DNA of 64,000 nucleotides, from contig CBDBZU010000004.1 in NCBI GenBank assembly GCA_965213625.1, positions 4,070,369-4,134,368 of the forward strand, given 5' to 3'. The notes under the pieces are model-generated. The model was not told the origin of the DNA, ran no database searches, and worked only from the letters and a program-made list of their open reading frames with translations. Positions within the stretch are counted from its first letter, which is position 1; each line of letters starts with the position of its first letter. The translations under genes were made by a program, and so were the position numbers. The stretch comes from a bacterium (GTDB taxonomy: Bacteria > UBA8248). This document shows, one piece after another, positions 48,907 through 57,657 of the stretch.

Positions 48907-49223
48907 TGATGGTGGAGACCTCTGCGCCGTTCGCCGCGTAGGACTTCCCGCAACCGGCGCAGACGCGCGCACCGGCCGGCGGGTTGCGGACTTCAGTCTT
49001 CTCCCCGAGCGCGGGGTGCCGCCTTGGGCGCCGGGCTGACGACCGCGCCTGCGCTCCGAGCGCGGCCTCCAGCCGCGCACTGCGGGTCTCCGACTTGCGA
49101 AGCTCCCTGCGAAGCCGCCTCCTTCGCGCGCAACAACCGCTCCATCAGTCGTTCCTTCGTGACTTCCGCGGCCCTGAGGGAGACCCGCAAATCGTCGCGC
49201 GATTCCCGCAACTTCCCGTGGAG
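48907..49223 (-). pseudogene. IS66-family transposase remnant
   Basis: Frameshifted RGRQPGA.. and EVRNPPAGARVCAGCGKSYAANGAEVSTII zinc-finger-like segment. Confidence 0.5.
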
Positions 49224-49620
49224 CCGGATAAGCTCCTCTTCAATGGACGCGAGGCGTACCGGATCGAGATACTGGACTCTAACGTAGGGTGGTATTCGGT
49301 AGACTACGAGAACCTGTAGGGGTACGCCTCGCGAGACAGCTAAACAGGCGTGAGCAGTAGCAGTTTCAGACTCGACGCGGGCGGAGAGCTTAATTCAAAA
49401 GCTTACATGTCCGGCGTTCCGCAGTACTCAAAAGGCACGGTCGGCCAGGGCGTAGTGACGCTCCGCCACCCGAGCGCGTCCGGAGCCATAGTGGCCTCGT
49501 GCACCGTCAACATCATTGACAACGACAACACGGCCTACATCGGAGAACGAAATTCCCATCCCTACGGCGGTACGTGGTGGACCACGCCGCACTGCTTCAC
49601 CAACGGCTGCTCGGGGACTT
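49224..49620 (+). pseudogene. Decayed secreted beta-sandwich (Calx-like) protein gene
   Basis: One frame with two in-frame stops; ends VASCTVNIIDND..WWTTPHCFTNGC. Confidence 0.4.
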
Positions 49621-50017
49621 CCTTGCGTCCGGGTGGAGCGGCCAGGAAGCGCGAATCACTGCGATGGCCGAGTAAATCCTGCGGGAGAACGGGATTGTCC
49701 CCGACTGGAAGCATCCGGCCTGAAAGGCGGGGCGACGCTCTCGGCCCTCCGCCTCGCCGACGGCAGGCTGATGCTGAGGAGCAGGCAGTCGGGTCGCTCG
49801 GTCCGGGTCCGCCTTCCGGCCGGCGCCGTCTTCCCCGAGTACGGCGGCCTGCTTGTAATCCACGAGGTCGAACGCATCGAGGATGCCGGGCCCGGCGCCA
49901 CGATGCTCAGGCAATATCGGGAAATGGCGACCGGGCAGGCGCCCTGGAGGGCAAAGCCGCCGCGTGGCGCTACCGAATAACGGATCAAGCCCGGCGGCTC
50001 TCTCGATATTACTGCGT

Positions 50018-50440
50018 CTAATTACACGTCGAAGTTGCAGAACCTGGACTACCAACATTGTATGCCGTTGGGTAATTGGTCGAGCCCGCGCATGAAGTAT
50101 TACCGGCTGAGGACTCACAGGTGGCCTCATTGGTTGTATCGTTAGCCGTCTCGATCGTTATCGTGTGCGAACCCTTGTTTGTTAAATTGCAAGGAAAAGA
50201 GAATTGGAAGTTAGGCTGCAGCCACCAATAACGATCATAGCCAGCCCATTTAACACGGACCAGCACTGCGTGACCGGGAGCCGAACTGAGAGATGCTTTA
50301 AATTTTACGTCATTGCGGGGATAGACCTGTGATGTACCCGCTGTGATAGTGACGCTCGGTGGAGTCTGCGCCATTGCCGGGCATGTCAGCATCCCGAATA
50401 CCAGTGTGGCCAACGCGGTTACCGTCAATTTTCGTATCAT
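50018..50440 (-). CDS. Small secreted Calx-beta-like protein
   Basis: AAGGAGG RBS; signal peptide ..PAMA|Q; PSVTITAGTS, SLSSAP, YNVGSPGSAT. Confidence 0.65.
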   Translation of the reverse strand: MIRKLTVTALATLVFGMLTCPAMAQTPPSVTITAGTSQVYPRNDVKFKASLSSAPGHAVLVRVKWAGYDRYWWLQPNFQFSFPCNLTNKGSHTITIETANDTTNEATCESSAGNTSCAGSTNYPTAYNVGSPGSATSTCN

Positions 50441-50541
50441 TGGTTTCCTCCTTGTTGAACGACATATAACCTCCCTCATGTTTCATTACTCGGTTCATGG
50501 CCATCTCAAGCGGCTGCGGGGCGTTGCGTCCGCCGGCAGAC

Positions 50542-51564
50542 CTATCCCCAGCACGCTTTCAGGGCCTGCTCGCTGGAGATCGACGGGATACCCGGAACCG
50601 GCGCGTCGGTGACCAGTGTCACGCCGGTGTCATGGAAGTCGAGCCCCGGCGTGTTCTCCGGCTTCCGGCCCGTCCTCAAGAACGCGACCACGGCCTCTAA
50701 ACCGAGCGCCGCCATCCTGACCGGGTATTGCATCGCGGTGGCGCCGATCGCCCCGGCGGCGACGTCGCGGACCCCGCGGCAGCCGCCGTCGACGGTGACG
50801 ATCGTGGCCTCCTTCTCCATGCCCAGCGCCCTGAGCGCCGCATGAGCGCCGGCCGCCGCCGGCTCGTTGATCGCGTAGACCACGCCGATCCCCCGATGTT
50901 CGCGCAGCAGGGCATCCATCGCGGCCCGTCCACCTTCCTCCGTGCCACCCGTCGGGCCGCTACCCACGATCCGCGGGTCGTCTTCGTCGTACTTCCTACC
51001 CGGGTCGCGGATGTCGACGCCGAAGCCGCTGAGGAACCCCTGGTTGCGCAGCACATCCACCGTGATCGGCGCTTCAAACCCGTCCAGCGTGACGATCCGC
51101 GCGCGCTTCGCCGAGTCGCCTCGTCTTGCCCTCGCCCACATGCCGATCAGCTCGCCCGCCCTGAAATTGTCGGTCGCGAAGGTCGCGTCCACCGACCCAG
51201 GCGGGTCGAACGGAGTATCGAGCGCGACCACCATCAGGCCCGCCTCCCGCGCCCTGGCGACCGCCTCCGCAAGCGCCGCGGGGTCCGAGGGCGCGATGAG
51301 GATGCCCTTCGCGCCCGCATCCACGAGAGCCTCTATCGCCCCGATCTGGGTCCCGGTGTCCCCGTCGTAGGCGCCCGAATGGGTGCGCAGCTCGACGCCG
51401 AGCGCGCGGGCCTTCTTGATCGCGGCCCGCTTCATGGTCGCGAAGAACGGGTTGGCGTCGGTCTTGACGATCAGGCCGACAACCGGATCGGAGGCCAGGA
51501 CGGGAGAGGCGGACAGCGCGCAGCCCAGCGCCAGCGCGGCAAACAGACGGTTCACGAGGTTCAT
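50542..51564 (-). CDS. Orphan sugar ABC-transporter periplasmic binding protein (RbsB/FrcB-like)
   Basis: LIVKTDANPFF, ALDTP, FATDNFRAGELIG, VYAINEPAAAG, DGGC, ATAMQYP. Confidence 0.88.
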   Translation of the reverse strand: MNLVNRLFAALALGCALSASPVLASDPVVGLIVKTDANPFFATMKRAAIKKARALGVELRTHSGAYDGDTGTQIGAIEALVDAGAKGILIAPSDPAALAEAVARAREAGLMVVALDTPFDPPGSVDATFATDNFRAGELIGMWARARRGDSAKRARIVTLDGFEAPITVDVLRNQGFLSGFGVDIRDPGRKYDEDDPRIVGSGPTGGTEEGGRAAMDALLREHRGIGVVYAINEPAAAGAHAALRALGMEKEATIVTVDGGCRGVRDVAAGAIGATAMQYPVRMAALGLEAVVAFLRTGRKPENTPGLDFHDTGVTLVTDAPVPGIPSISSEQALKACWG

Positions 51565-51577
51565 CGCGATGCCTCCG

Positions 51578-51768
51578 GGCGGTGCGTGGCGCTCGGCCTG
51601 GCGGCAACCTGGACGATCTGCCGCTTCACCGGCTGGGACTTCCTGATCTCGGGGCTCTCCGTGGCCAGCGGCCTCGGCACGGCGGTGGCGGTCGGCCTGT
51701 TCTTCGGGTTCCAGCCCGCCCACCAGGCCTCGCGGCTCGATCCCATCGCCGGACTCCAGGGCAAGTAG
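51578..51768 (+). pseudogene. C-terminal fragment of a MacB/FtsX-type ABC permease
   Basis: AVGLFFGFQPAHQASRLDPIAGL. Confidence 0.65.
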
Positions 51769-51807
51769 AAAGCCGGTCGATGTCATGCAACCTGCAAAAC
51801 CGCGAAC

Positions 51808-52632
51808 TCAGCAGGAGGTCTTGAGGTACCCGTGGCAGTTCTTGAGGCGTTCCACCTCTTCCACACTCCCCTTGAAATCGCCATAACGAGGTGAGATCTC
51901 TCCGACGAACAAAGTACTCCATCTTCTGCACCTGGCCCTCATGGTGCATTGTCCCGAATCCACCGCGACCGGCCTGGTATCATATCCTGTAACGCTACAG
52001 GTATTGCTGGCGTCGCTCGCATCCCATGCGCTCTTGCAGTTCTCGACCGTCACGGGGATGGGGCAAGAGGTGGATAACTGGTTATCGCAGTAATCGAGCT
52101 GTTTTACATCGTCGGGCGACCCGTAGAAGGACGCTACCACCGCCAGGGTCCCGCAGGAGGTCGCGACATGACACTGCTGGCTTGATATCGACACGCTGTG
52201 GGATCCGTAGGACGAACCGCACTTCTGGCTGGCATCGCTGTCATCCCACGCCTCCTCGCAGGCTGTCGCCAGGGCGGCTTGTTGATCAGCGGAGAGGCAG
52301 GAGCTGACTTTAAGCACGCCGTTGCAGCTCACCAGATCGCGCATGTCATCCAGATTGCCGGTGACGGTTTGCATCTGCGATGCCCAGCCATCCGATTTCC
52401 GGCACCTGGTCGTAACGCTGCACTCTCCGTTCGAAGCAGTCATCCAGAACTGGTTGCTGGAAAATGGGCAATGCTCGGAGGCGTCGCTCGCGTTCCACGC
52501 GTCAAGGCACTCGGCCTGCGTCGGGCCGTCCTGGGCGCGGGCGAGGGGGGTGGCGGCAAGGGCGGCGGCCAGCACGGCCGCTGCCAGCGCAATTCCGGGA
52601 GAGGTCCTGAGCCAGGTTGAGATTCTCTTCAT
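51808..52632 (-). CDS. Secreted protein with three tandem 6-Cys repeats (paralog of 48088-48906)
   Basis: Different signal peptide (..LARA|Q); shared SDASEHCP, DMRDLVSC, CGSSYGSHS, SCGTLAV.ASFYGSPD. Confidence 0.82.
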   Translation of the reverse strand: MKRISTWLRTSPGIALAAAVLAAALAATPLARAQDGPTQAECLDAWNASDASEHCPFSSNQFWMTASNGECSVTTRCRKSDGWASQMQTVTGNLDDMRDLVSCNGVLKVSSCLSADQQAALATACEEAWDDSDASQKCGSSYGSHSVSISSQQCHVATSCGTLAVVASFYGSPDDVKQLDYCDNQLSTSCPIPVTVENCKSAWDASDASNTCSVTGYDTRPVAVDSGQCTMRARCRRWSTLFVGEISPRYGDFKGSVEEVERLKNCHGYLKTSC

Positions 52633-52661
52633 CGCCTCATTCCTTTCTGTCCGGTCCCCGA

Positions 52662-53126
52662 TTATTGATCGACAATCCGACCGGTCATGGTGAGCTTTTG
52701 CGCTCTGGGATAGGTGGCCGAAGACGTGCGCTACGTGGTGTCGCCCGGGTACTCTCCCTTGACCTTGCGGTCGTACAGCTCCAGTTCGAAGGTCTCGTTA
52801 TCTTCCTCGACATCGTCCTCGATCGTCGTGATATTGATCCCGACTGTGGGGTTGTTCGGGGTAAATGTCCACCATAGCTGTCTTGCCGAATTGTAATCCT
52901 TGCCGGCCTCCGCCGTATCGTCCTTCGTTCGATATGAGTAGCGAACGTCATTGTCGCGCGTGGTGAATCCCGTCACGGTGATCACGAATGTCACCTTGCG
53001 GCCTTCCTTCGCGCTCGCATCCACGCTCGCTTGCTGCGCGTAGACCCCCGGCGCGGCGAGGAGCCCGCCTGCAAGCACCGACAGGACCAGCGCCAGCGTG
53101 GGTAGGATTCGGTATGAGGTTCTCAT
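52662..53126 (-). pseudogene. Secreted single Calx-beta domain protein with an in-frame TAG at 52731-52733
   Basis: YRTKDDTAEAGKDY, ITTIEDDVEEDNETFELEL; the frame continues past TAG to KLTMTGRIVDQ, matching the paralog ending TLTGQIQDND. Confidence 0.7.
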
Positions 53127-53398
53127 GGCATTCGCCTCCTTTGTTCTCCGCTATGGACGGCGGCGGGCGCAGGTTTGTAGCAGTATCACTCGCGCGCTCG
53201 TTGCACGGTCGCGCGGACTCAGCAGTACTGACCCGCGTTCCCGCATCCCATCTTGACCGTTTGATCGTTATCCTGGATCTGGCCGGTCAACGTCATCGTA
53301 CTCGGCATGGACTGGATGGCTATCGTCGACGCGACCCACCCCGTGACACCGCGGTAGAGCCCGTTGACCTCCTGGTCGTAGAGCTTGAGCTTGAAGAC
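53034..53398 (-). repeat. ~365-bp inverted repeat, right copy (partner 47815-48180)
   Basis: Reverse-complement match to the left copy. Confidence 0.9.
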
Positions 53399-53734
53399 TT
53401 CCGGGTCTTCTTCCTCGCTGTCGTCAATCGTGTCCACATAGACCTTCTGCTCCTTGACCCCCGAATTGAAGGTCACGGTGCCGGTGGTCTCTTCGTAATC
53501 CTCGCCCTTGACGGCCGCGCTGTCTTGCGTTTTGTACTTGTAACGCACCGCCCAGCCGTTCGGCGCGCCCCCGAGCTTGACCGTGAACTCCATCTTGTCG
53601 CCCTCGGTTGCGCCGGCGTCCGCGCCGTGCGCCGCCTGCGGCGCGCCAAGCGCGGCGCACGCCGCCAGCATGACAGTTACAACGGCCGCGAGCCATGCGG
53701 CCCGTACGGATTTTCTGTTCGAGTCCTGTTTCAT
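53219..53734 (-). CDS. Secreted single Calx-beta domain protein
   Basis: AAGGAG RBS; signal peptide; ATEGD..FTVKL, YKTQDSAAVKGEDY, GTVTF, IDDSEEEDPEVFKLKL, GQIQDND. Confidence 0.8.
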   Translation of the reverse strand: MKQDSNRKSVRAAWLAAVVTVMLAACAALGAPQAAHGADAGATEGDKMEFTVKLGGAPNGWAVRYKYKTQDSAAVKGEDYEETTGTVTFNSGVKEQKVYVDTIDDSEEEDPEVFKLKLYDQEVNGLYRGVTGWVASTIAIQSMPSTMTLTGQIQDNDQTVKMGCGNAGQYC

Positions 53735-54453
53735 AGCCTTTACTCCTTCACGATGGTGGTGCCTACTGTGATCGCCCACGATCAGACCGACGTCCCCATC
53801 GAATTCGCAACATCGTTGGGCCATCCCCAAGACCATCTCCGCCGGCACAGTTCCTGGTTTCATTGACCGGCAGAAGCGGTTGTTACGGTGAAAATATTAA
53901 CGCACGGATGGTTGCTTTACAACTTTTTTTTCAGGTCGGCGGGCAGGTCGTTCGTGCTTTGCGGTGGTGACGGGACGGCGGCCAGACGTATCGAGGCGAT
54001 TCGGAGGAGGACGCACCGCCTCGACTCAGGCCAATCTCTCCCAAGCCGCACTGTGCTCCCCAATTATTCCTCGAAAGCGACATCCACGTCTTCTGGAATG
54101 TGTCGCGAATGATAAGGCGGATGTGAGGAACGGGTTATCGTGGATTCACTCGTAAATCGCCCGTTTAGTGACGGTGGGGGGTTTCTTGCGGGGGTGGAAT
54201 CTTTGTAGTTTGCTGAAAGTATTGTAGGTATTTGTTTTTGGGGAGTTTTGTTGGGATTTGCTTATCTGCAATACGTAATCAAATAGAATGCGGATGAATT
54301 ATAACTCCCGCGTATCTTAGAAAGTCCGTGTCAGTAAGCGTTCTCTGGTGGGGTGATGGGGGGCAAGAAAGCACCAGCCCAAGCCGGCTACACCGCGCAA
54401 TTCCTACAAATGCCTCCGGCATCGACTAGGTTATCACCCCACGACTGAACCTT

Positions 54454-54617
54454 TATGGACGCGCCCAGGATTGCAAGCATGGTCTTGGATAGTTCGGCGC
54501 AAAGTGGTCAGGCGCATTCGTGTATCCGGCCTCTCGATTGCGGCGTTTCACATGCTGCGGGCCCGTATGGAGATGCGAGGATCGGGTCCATATCGGTTAC
54601 GCGAGCTTGAAAGCTCT
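54454..54617 (-). repeat. Solo copy of the IS110/IS1111 downstream non-coding end (partner 59392-59555)
   Basis: 164-bp direct repeat starting TATGGACGCGCCCAGGATTGCAA; no adjacent transposase. Confidence 0.85.
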
Positions 54618-54772
54618 TCTTCTCTTGTTGTGCATTCGCGCGCCTCCAAATTCTCTGTTTGTGATACTTAACCCGCCACGCTACACCGCAGTCGAATTTG
54701 CCATAGACAGTATACGAAAGTGCGAGTTTAATGAGTCTCGCTCCGCACAGATTTCGGGGATGTCCGTCATCA

Positions 54773-56146
54773 TCAACCGATTTCGGATCGGAACAGCCCG
54801 CCTATTTCCTCGCGTGCGACTCGCATCGTGGTGAACAGGGCGAGGAAACACGCGGTGATCACGCTTGCGGAGACCCCGAGCCAGACACCCCGGGCGTCCA
54901 TCTCCAGAACGAGGACGAATACCCCCACGAAGAGGGTAACCGCAAATATTTCCTGGTAAATGCTGACGATTAGCGTGCTCACCGGGCGCTTGAAGGCCTG
55001 TAACAATGTGTACATGGAGAAGAGAAGGACGCGGGCCGGAAGCATCAATCCATACACCTTCAGGAATTCTGCACCAATGAGAACAACTTCCGGGTCGCTC
55101 GAGAAAATGGTCATCATAGGACGCCCGGCAAACCAGAGGAACAGCGCTGCCAATAGCATGAAACCGGCTCCCTTTTTTCCACAAAACCGAAACGCCTCCC
55201 GCACGCGGTCGTATTCACCCGCCCCAAAGTTCTGGGAAGCGACCGCACGCAAAGTGAGTGAGAGGGAGAGTGTTGGCAACAGCAGCGCTTGTTCGATTCT
55301 CAACCCGACACCGAAGGCTGCTATGGTTCCGGGGCCGAATTTCTTAAGATACATCTGTACGATGAATATGCCGAGCAGAATTAGGGCGTAACCAGCCTGA
55401 ACGGGAAGCATCATCGCCGTGACTGCCCCGAAATCCGCCCGTATCGGGCGGTAAGCCGAAGGCCTGCCCTTGCGCATGAGTTCGGAGCTCAACACTCGTG
55501 AGAGAATGAAAATCATCGCGCCCGCCTGACAGACCAGGGTGGAGACCGCGATGCCGACAATGCCCAGTCCCGGTATCACACCCGGAATCCCGAACATGAA
55601 GAGCGGGTTCAGGCCGATGTTCGCGATAAACGATGCCGTCTGGGCGCGCAACATGGGTATCGGATCGCCTTGTGCAACCAGAATGCCGTTCGCTCCTATC
55701 GCAATGATGAATACGGGCGCAGATAAAACGGCGATGTTCAAAAATTCGATTGTCGAATCTTTAAGTCTCCCCGTCGTGGAAATCGCGTCGATCAAGAGCG
55801 GCGCAAACATCAGAAAGACGAGGACCAACACTAGAGAGAGGATGACCGCATAACTCAGCCCCTGACAGGCCAACCTTTTCGCGTCCTCGAATTTATGCGC
55901 CCCAATGGCGTTTCCAACGAGAACGACTATCGCGGAGTTCATACTCAAGCCCACCGTGGTGAGAAAGATCAACACTGTGGTTGAAAGCGAGAGAACGGCC
56001 AGCCCCTCGGTCGAGAGCAGACCCGCGAAAAAATTGTCTACGACGCTGTAGAGAGTGATAAAACTGACTCCGAGGGCAACGGGAATCGCCATCCGCCGGA
56101 AATGACCGGGTATCGAACCGACGCTCAGATCGATTACATTCGACAT
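54773..56146 (-). CDS. MATE-family efflux transporter
   Basis: DLSVGSI..AIP, YSVVDNFFAG, NIGLNPLFMFG, SQNFGAG; about 12 TM segments. Confidence 0.9.
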   Translation of the reverse strand: MSNVIDLSVGSIPGHFRRMAIPVALGVSFITLYSVVDNFFAGLLSTEGLAVLSLSTTVLIFLTTVGLSMNSAIVVLVGNAIGAHKFEDAKRLACQGLSYAVILSLVLVLVFLMFAPLLIDAISTTGRLKDSTIEFLNIAVLSAPVFIIAIGANGILVAQGDPIPMLRAQTASFIANIGLNPLFMFGIPGVIPGLGIVGIAVSTLVCQAGAMIFILSRVLSSELMRKGRPSAYRPIRADFGAVTAMMLPVQAGYALILLGIFIVQMYLKKFGPGTIAAFGVGLRIEQALLLPTLSLSLTLRAVASQNFGAGEYDRVREAFRFCGKKGAGFMLLAALFLWFAGRPMMTIFSSDPEVVLIGAEFLKVYGLMLPARVLLFSMYTLLQAFKRPVSTLIVSIYQEIFAVTLFVGVFVLVLEMDARGVWLGVSASVITACFLALFTTMRVAREEIGGLFRSEIG

Positions 56147-56269
56147 AAGATTTCCCTCACCTCTCGGAATTTACGAAGATCCGGGTTTTGTTTTTCAGTG
56201 AATCGTTTTCAATGCTATATTCTTCATTGGAGCATATCTGCGCTCACAGCATTCTCTAAGGGTCATGCG

Positions 56270-56632
56270 ATGGTATTCCGGTTTACGCCGTTTCCGCGTA
56301 TGCCCACCTATGTCACAAGTGAGAACTCGCAGCTCGAGATCCAGAGCATCGAGCCCTTTGTCCTCTCGGACAACCCGGATGCCGACTGGCAGCAACTTAA
56401 AGAAATTCTTGCCTCCATGGAGCGCACCGAGGTGGTATCTAATACGGAGAGCCACATACACGCGGTCTGCTGGAGCAAGAGAATAGGGTTCAGGGATGAC
56501 GTCGAATTCCGGCTCTGCGTAGAGGAGGGCGTCATCCACATCCGTTCGGCGTCGCGCATCGGGCCGTTTTGGGATTTCGGCGTCAACCGAGAGCGTCTCG
56601 AAAAAATCCGCTGTAAACTTCAAACCGGATAG
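56270..56632 (+). CDS. DUF1499 protein
   Basis: GFRDDVEF..IHIRSASRIG..DFGVNRERLEKIR. Confidence 0.8.
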   Translation: MVFRFTPFPRMPTYVTSENSQLEIQSIEPFVLSDNPDADWQQLKEILASMERTEVVSNTESHIHAVCWSKRIGFRDDVEFRLCVEEGVIHIRSASRIGPFWDFGVNRERLEKIRCKLQTG

Positions 56633-57657
56633 CCGAGGCGCTTGAGACCTGGCCAACACGCTTCGACCACTGCGTCCTGATCGGCGGTGCTGAGATTGGT
56701 GAATCTGGATCGGGTGGGGCGCGGAATCGAGGATGCCTCCCGAATCCACTCCTCATCCTCAAGGGCGGGGTCGATGAAACGGATGAGTCGCCGAATATGG
56801 ACTTCGGGTTCGGCCTGCATGTCCTCGAATTTGAGGTTCAAAAGGCGTTCAGTTGGAAGATCGGCCAGCATATGATCCGAAATGGCGATCATCGCATTCC
56901 AGAAAGCAGCAAAATCAGAGATTTCCAAATCATCGAAAGGCAGTTTCTCGGGCTTGATGACCATGTTGACTAATGGCGTCAGCCAGGGGCTAATACTGTC
57001 CCATATCTTTCTCCTGTACATGAGGGAGATTGGGTCCACACCGGAGTTGCGTATTTTTTTCAGCGTAACTACGATCAGGCGAAAAAGGTAGTGCCGATAC
57101 ATCGAGACGGCGGTGTCGCGTCCATCTCGGTAAACGTGCACCACGCGAGCTTCGGGGAATTCGCGCATTAGCAGGGAGCCGAAGAGCAGGGATCCGCCCG
57201 AGCGTTCGACCCAGGTGTTCGCACCGAATCGATCGCACAACACTCCGAAAAGATACCGCAGATGGTCGACGGTCAACTGTCTCGGCTGCGACTGAACGAG
57301 AGGACCCAGTTCGTCGAACAGCGTTTCATACTCGCTTGTGATGTGAGGCAGTGCGGCACACATGATGGGCGGAACGTCGCTCTGACTGAAACGAGCGGCA
57401 GAATCTTCGAGCGGATAAAGGAATTCCTCATAAGATGGTTCACGTAGCATTAGGCGAGTATGGTTGCGTTGTTTGCTGTAAAATTCCCACATCCTTTGGC
57501 CAGTCGAGCGCCGCGCGCGAAACAACTCGTGAACCCCGACATAGCTGAAAAATTCTGAGAGGCTCAGAACGCGAGGATGCAGATTCAGAATGTTCGACAC
57601 CATAGTGGACCCGCATCGCCCGGTGCTGAGTACAAATACGGGGGGGGGCTTTACCAT
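56620..57657 (-). CDS. PAPS-dependent sulfotransferase
   Basis: 5'-PSB STGRCGST; 3'-PB HVYRDGRDTAVS; LKFEDM. Confidence 0.88.
   Translation of the reverse strand: MVKPPPVFVLSTGRCGSTMVSNILNLHPRVLSLSEFFSYVGVHELFRARRSTGQRMWEFYSKQRNHTRLMLREPSYEEFLYPLEDSAARFSQSDVPPIMCAALPHITSEYETLFDELGPLVQSQPRQLTVDHLRYLFGVLCDRFGANTWVERSGGSLLFGSLLMREFPEARVVHVYRDGRDTAVSMYRHYLFRLIVVTLKKIRNSGVDPISLMYRRKIWDSISPWLTPLVNMVIKPEKLPFDDLEISDFAAFWNAMIAISDHMLADLPTERLLNLKFEDMQAEPEVHIRRLIRFIDPALEDEEWIREASSIPRPTRSRFTNLSTADQDAVVEACWPGLKRLGYPV

Noticed and set aside
19765-52733. Amber recoding suggested by in-frame TAGs in trhF and a Calx gene
   Set aside because: TAG is used as a normal stop in intact genes (e.g. 3901-3903, 47429-47431), and the region has many other pseudogenes
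1498-54284. 11-bp inverted match ATTTGATTACG (1498) / CGTAATCAAAT (54274) as element ends
   Set aside because: A match this short is expected by chance in 64 kb, and att sites of an integrated element would be direct repeats
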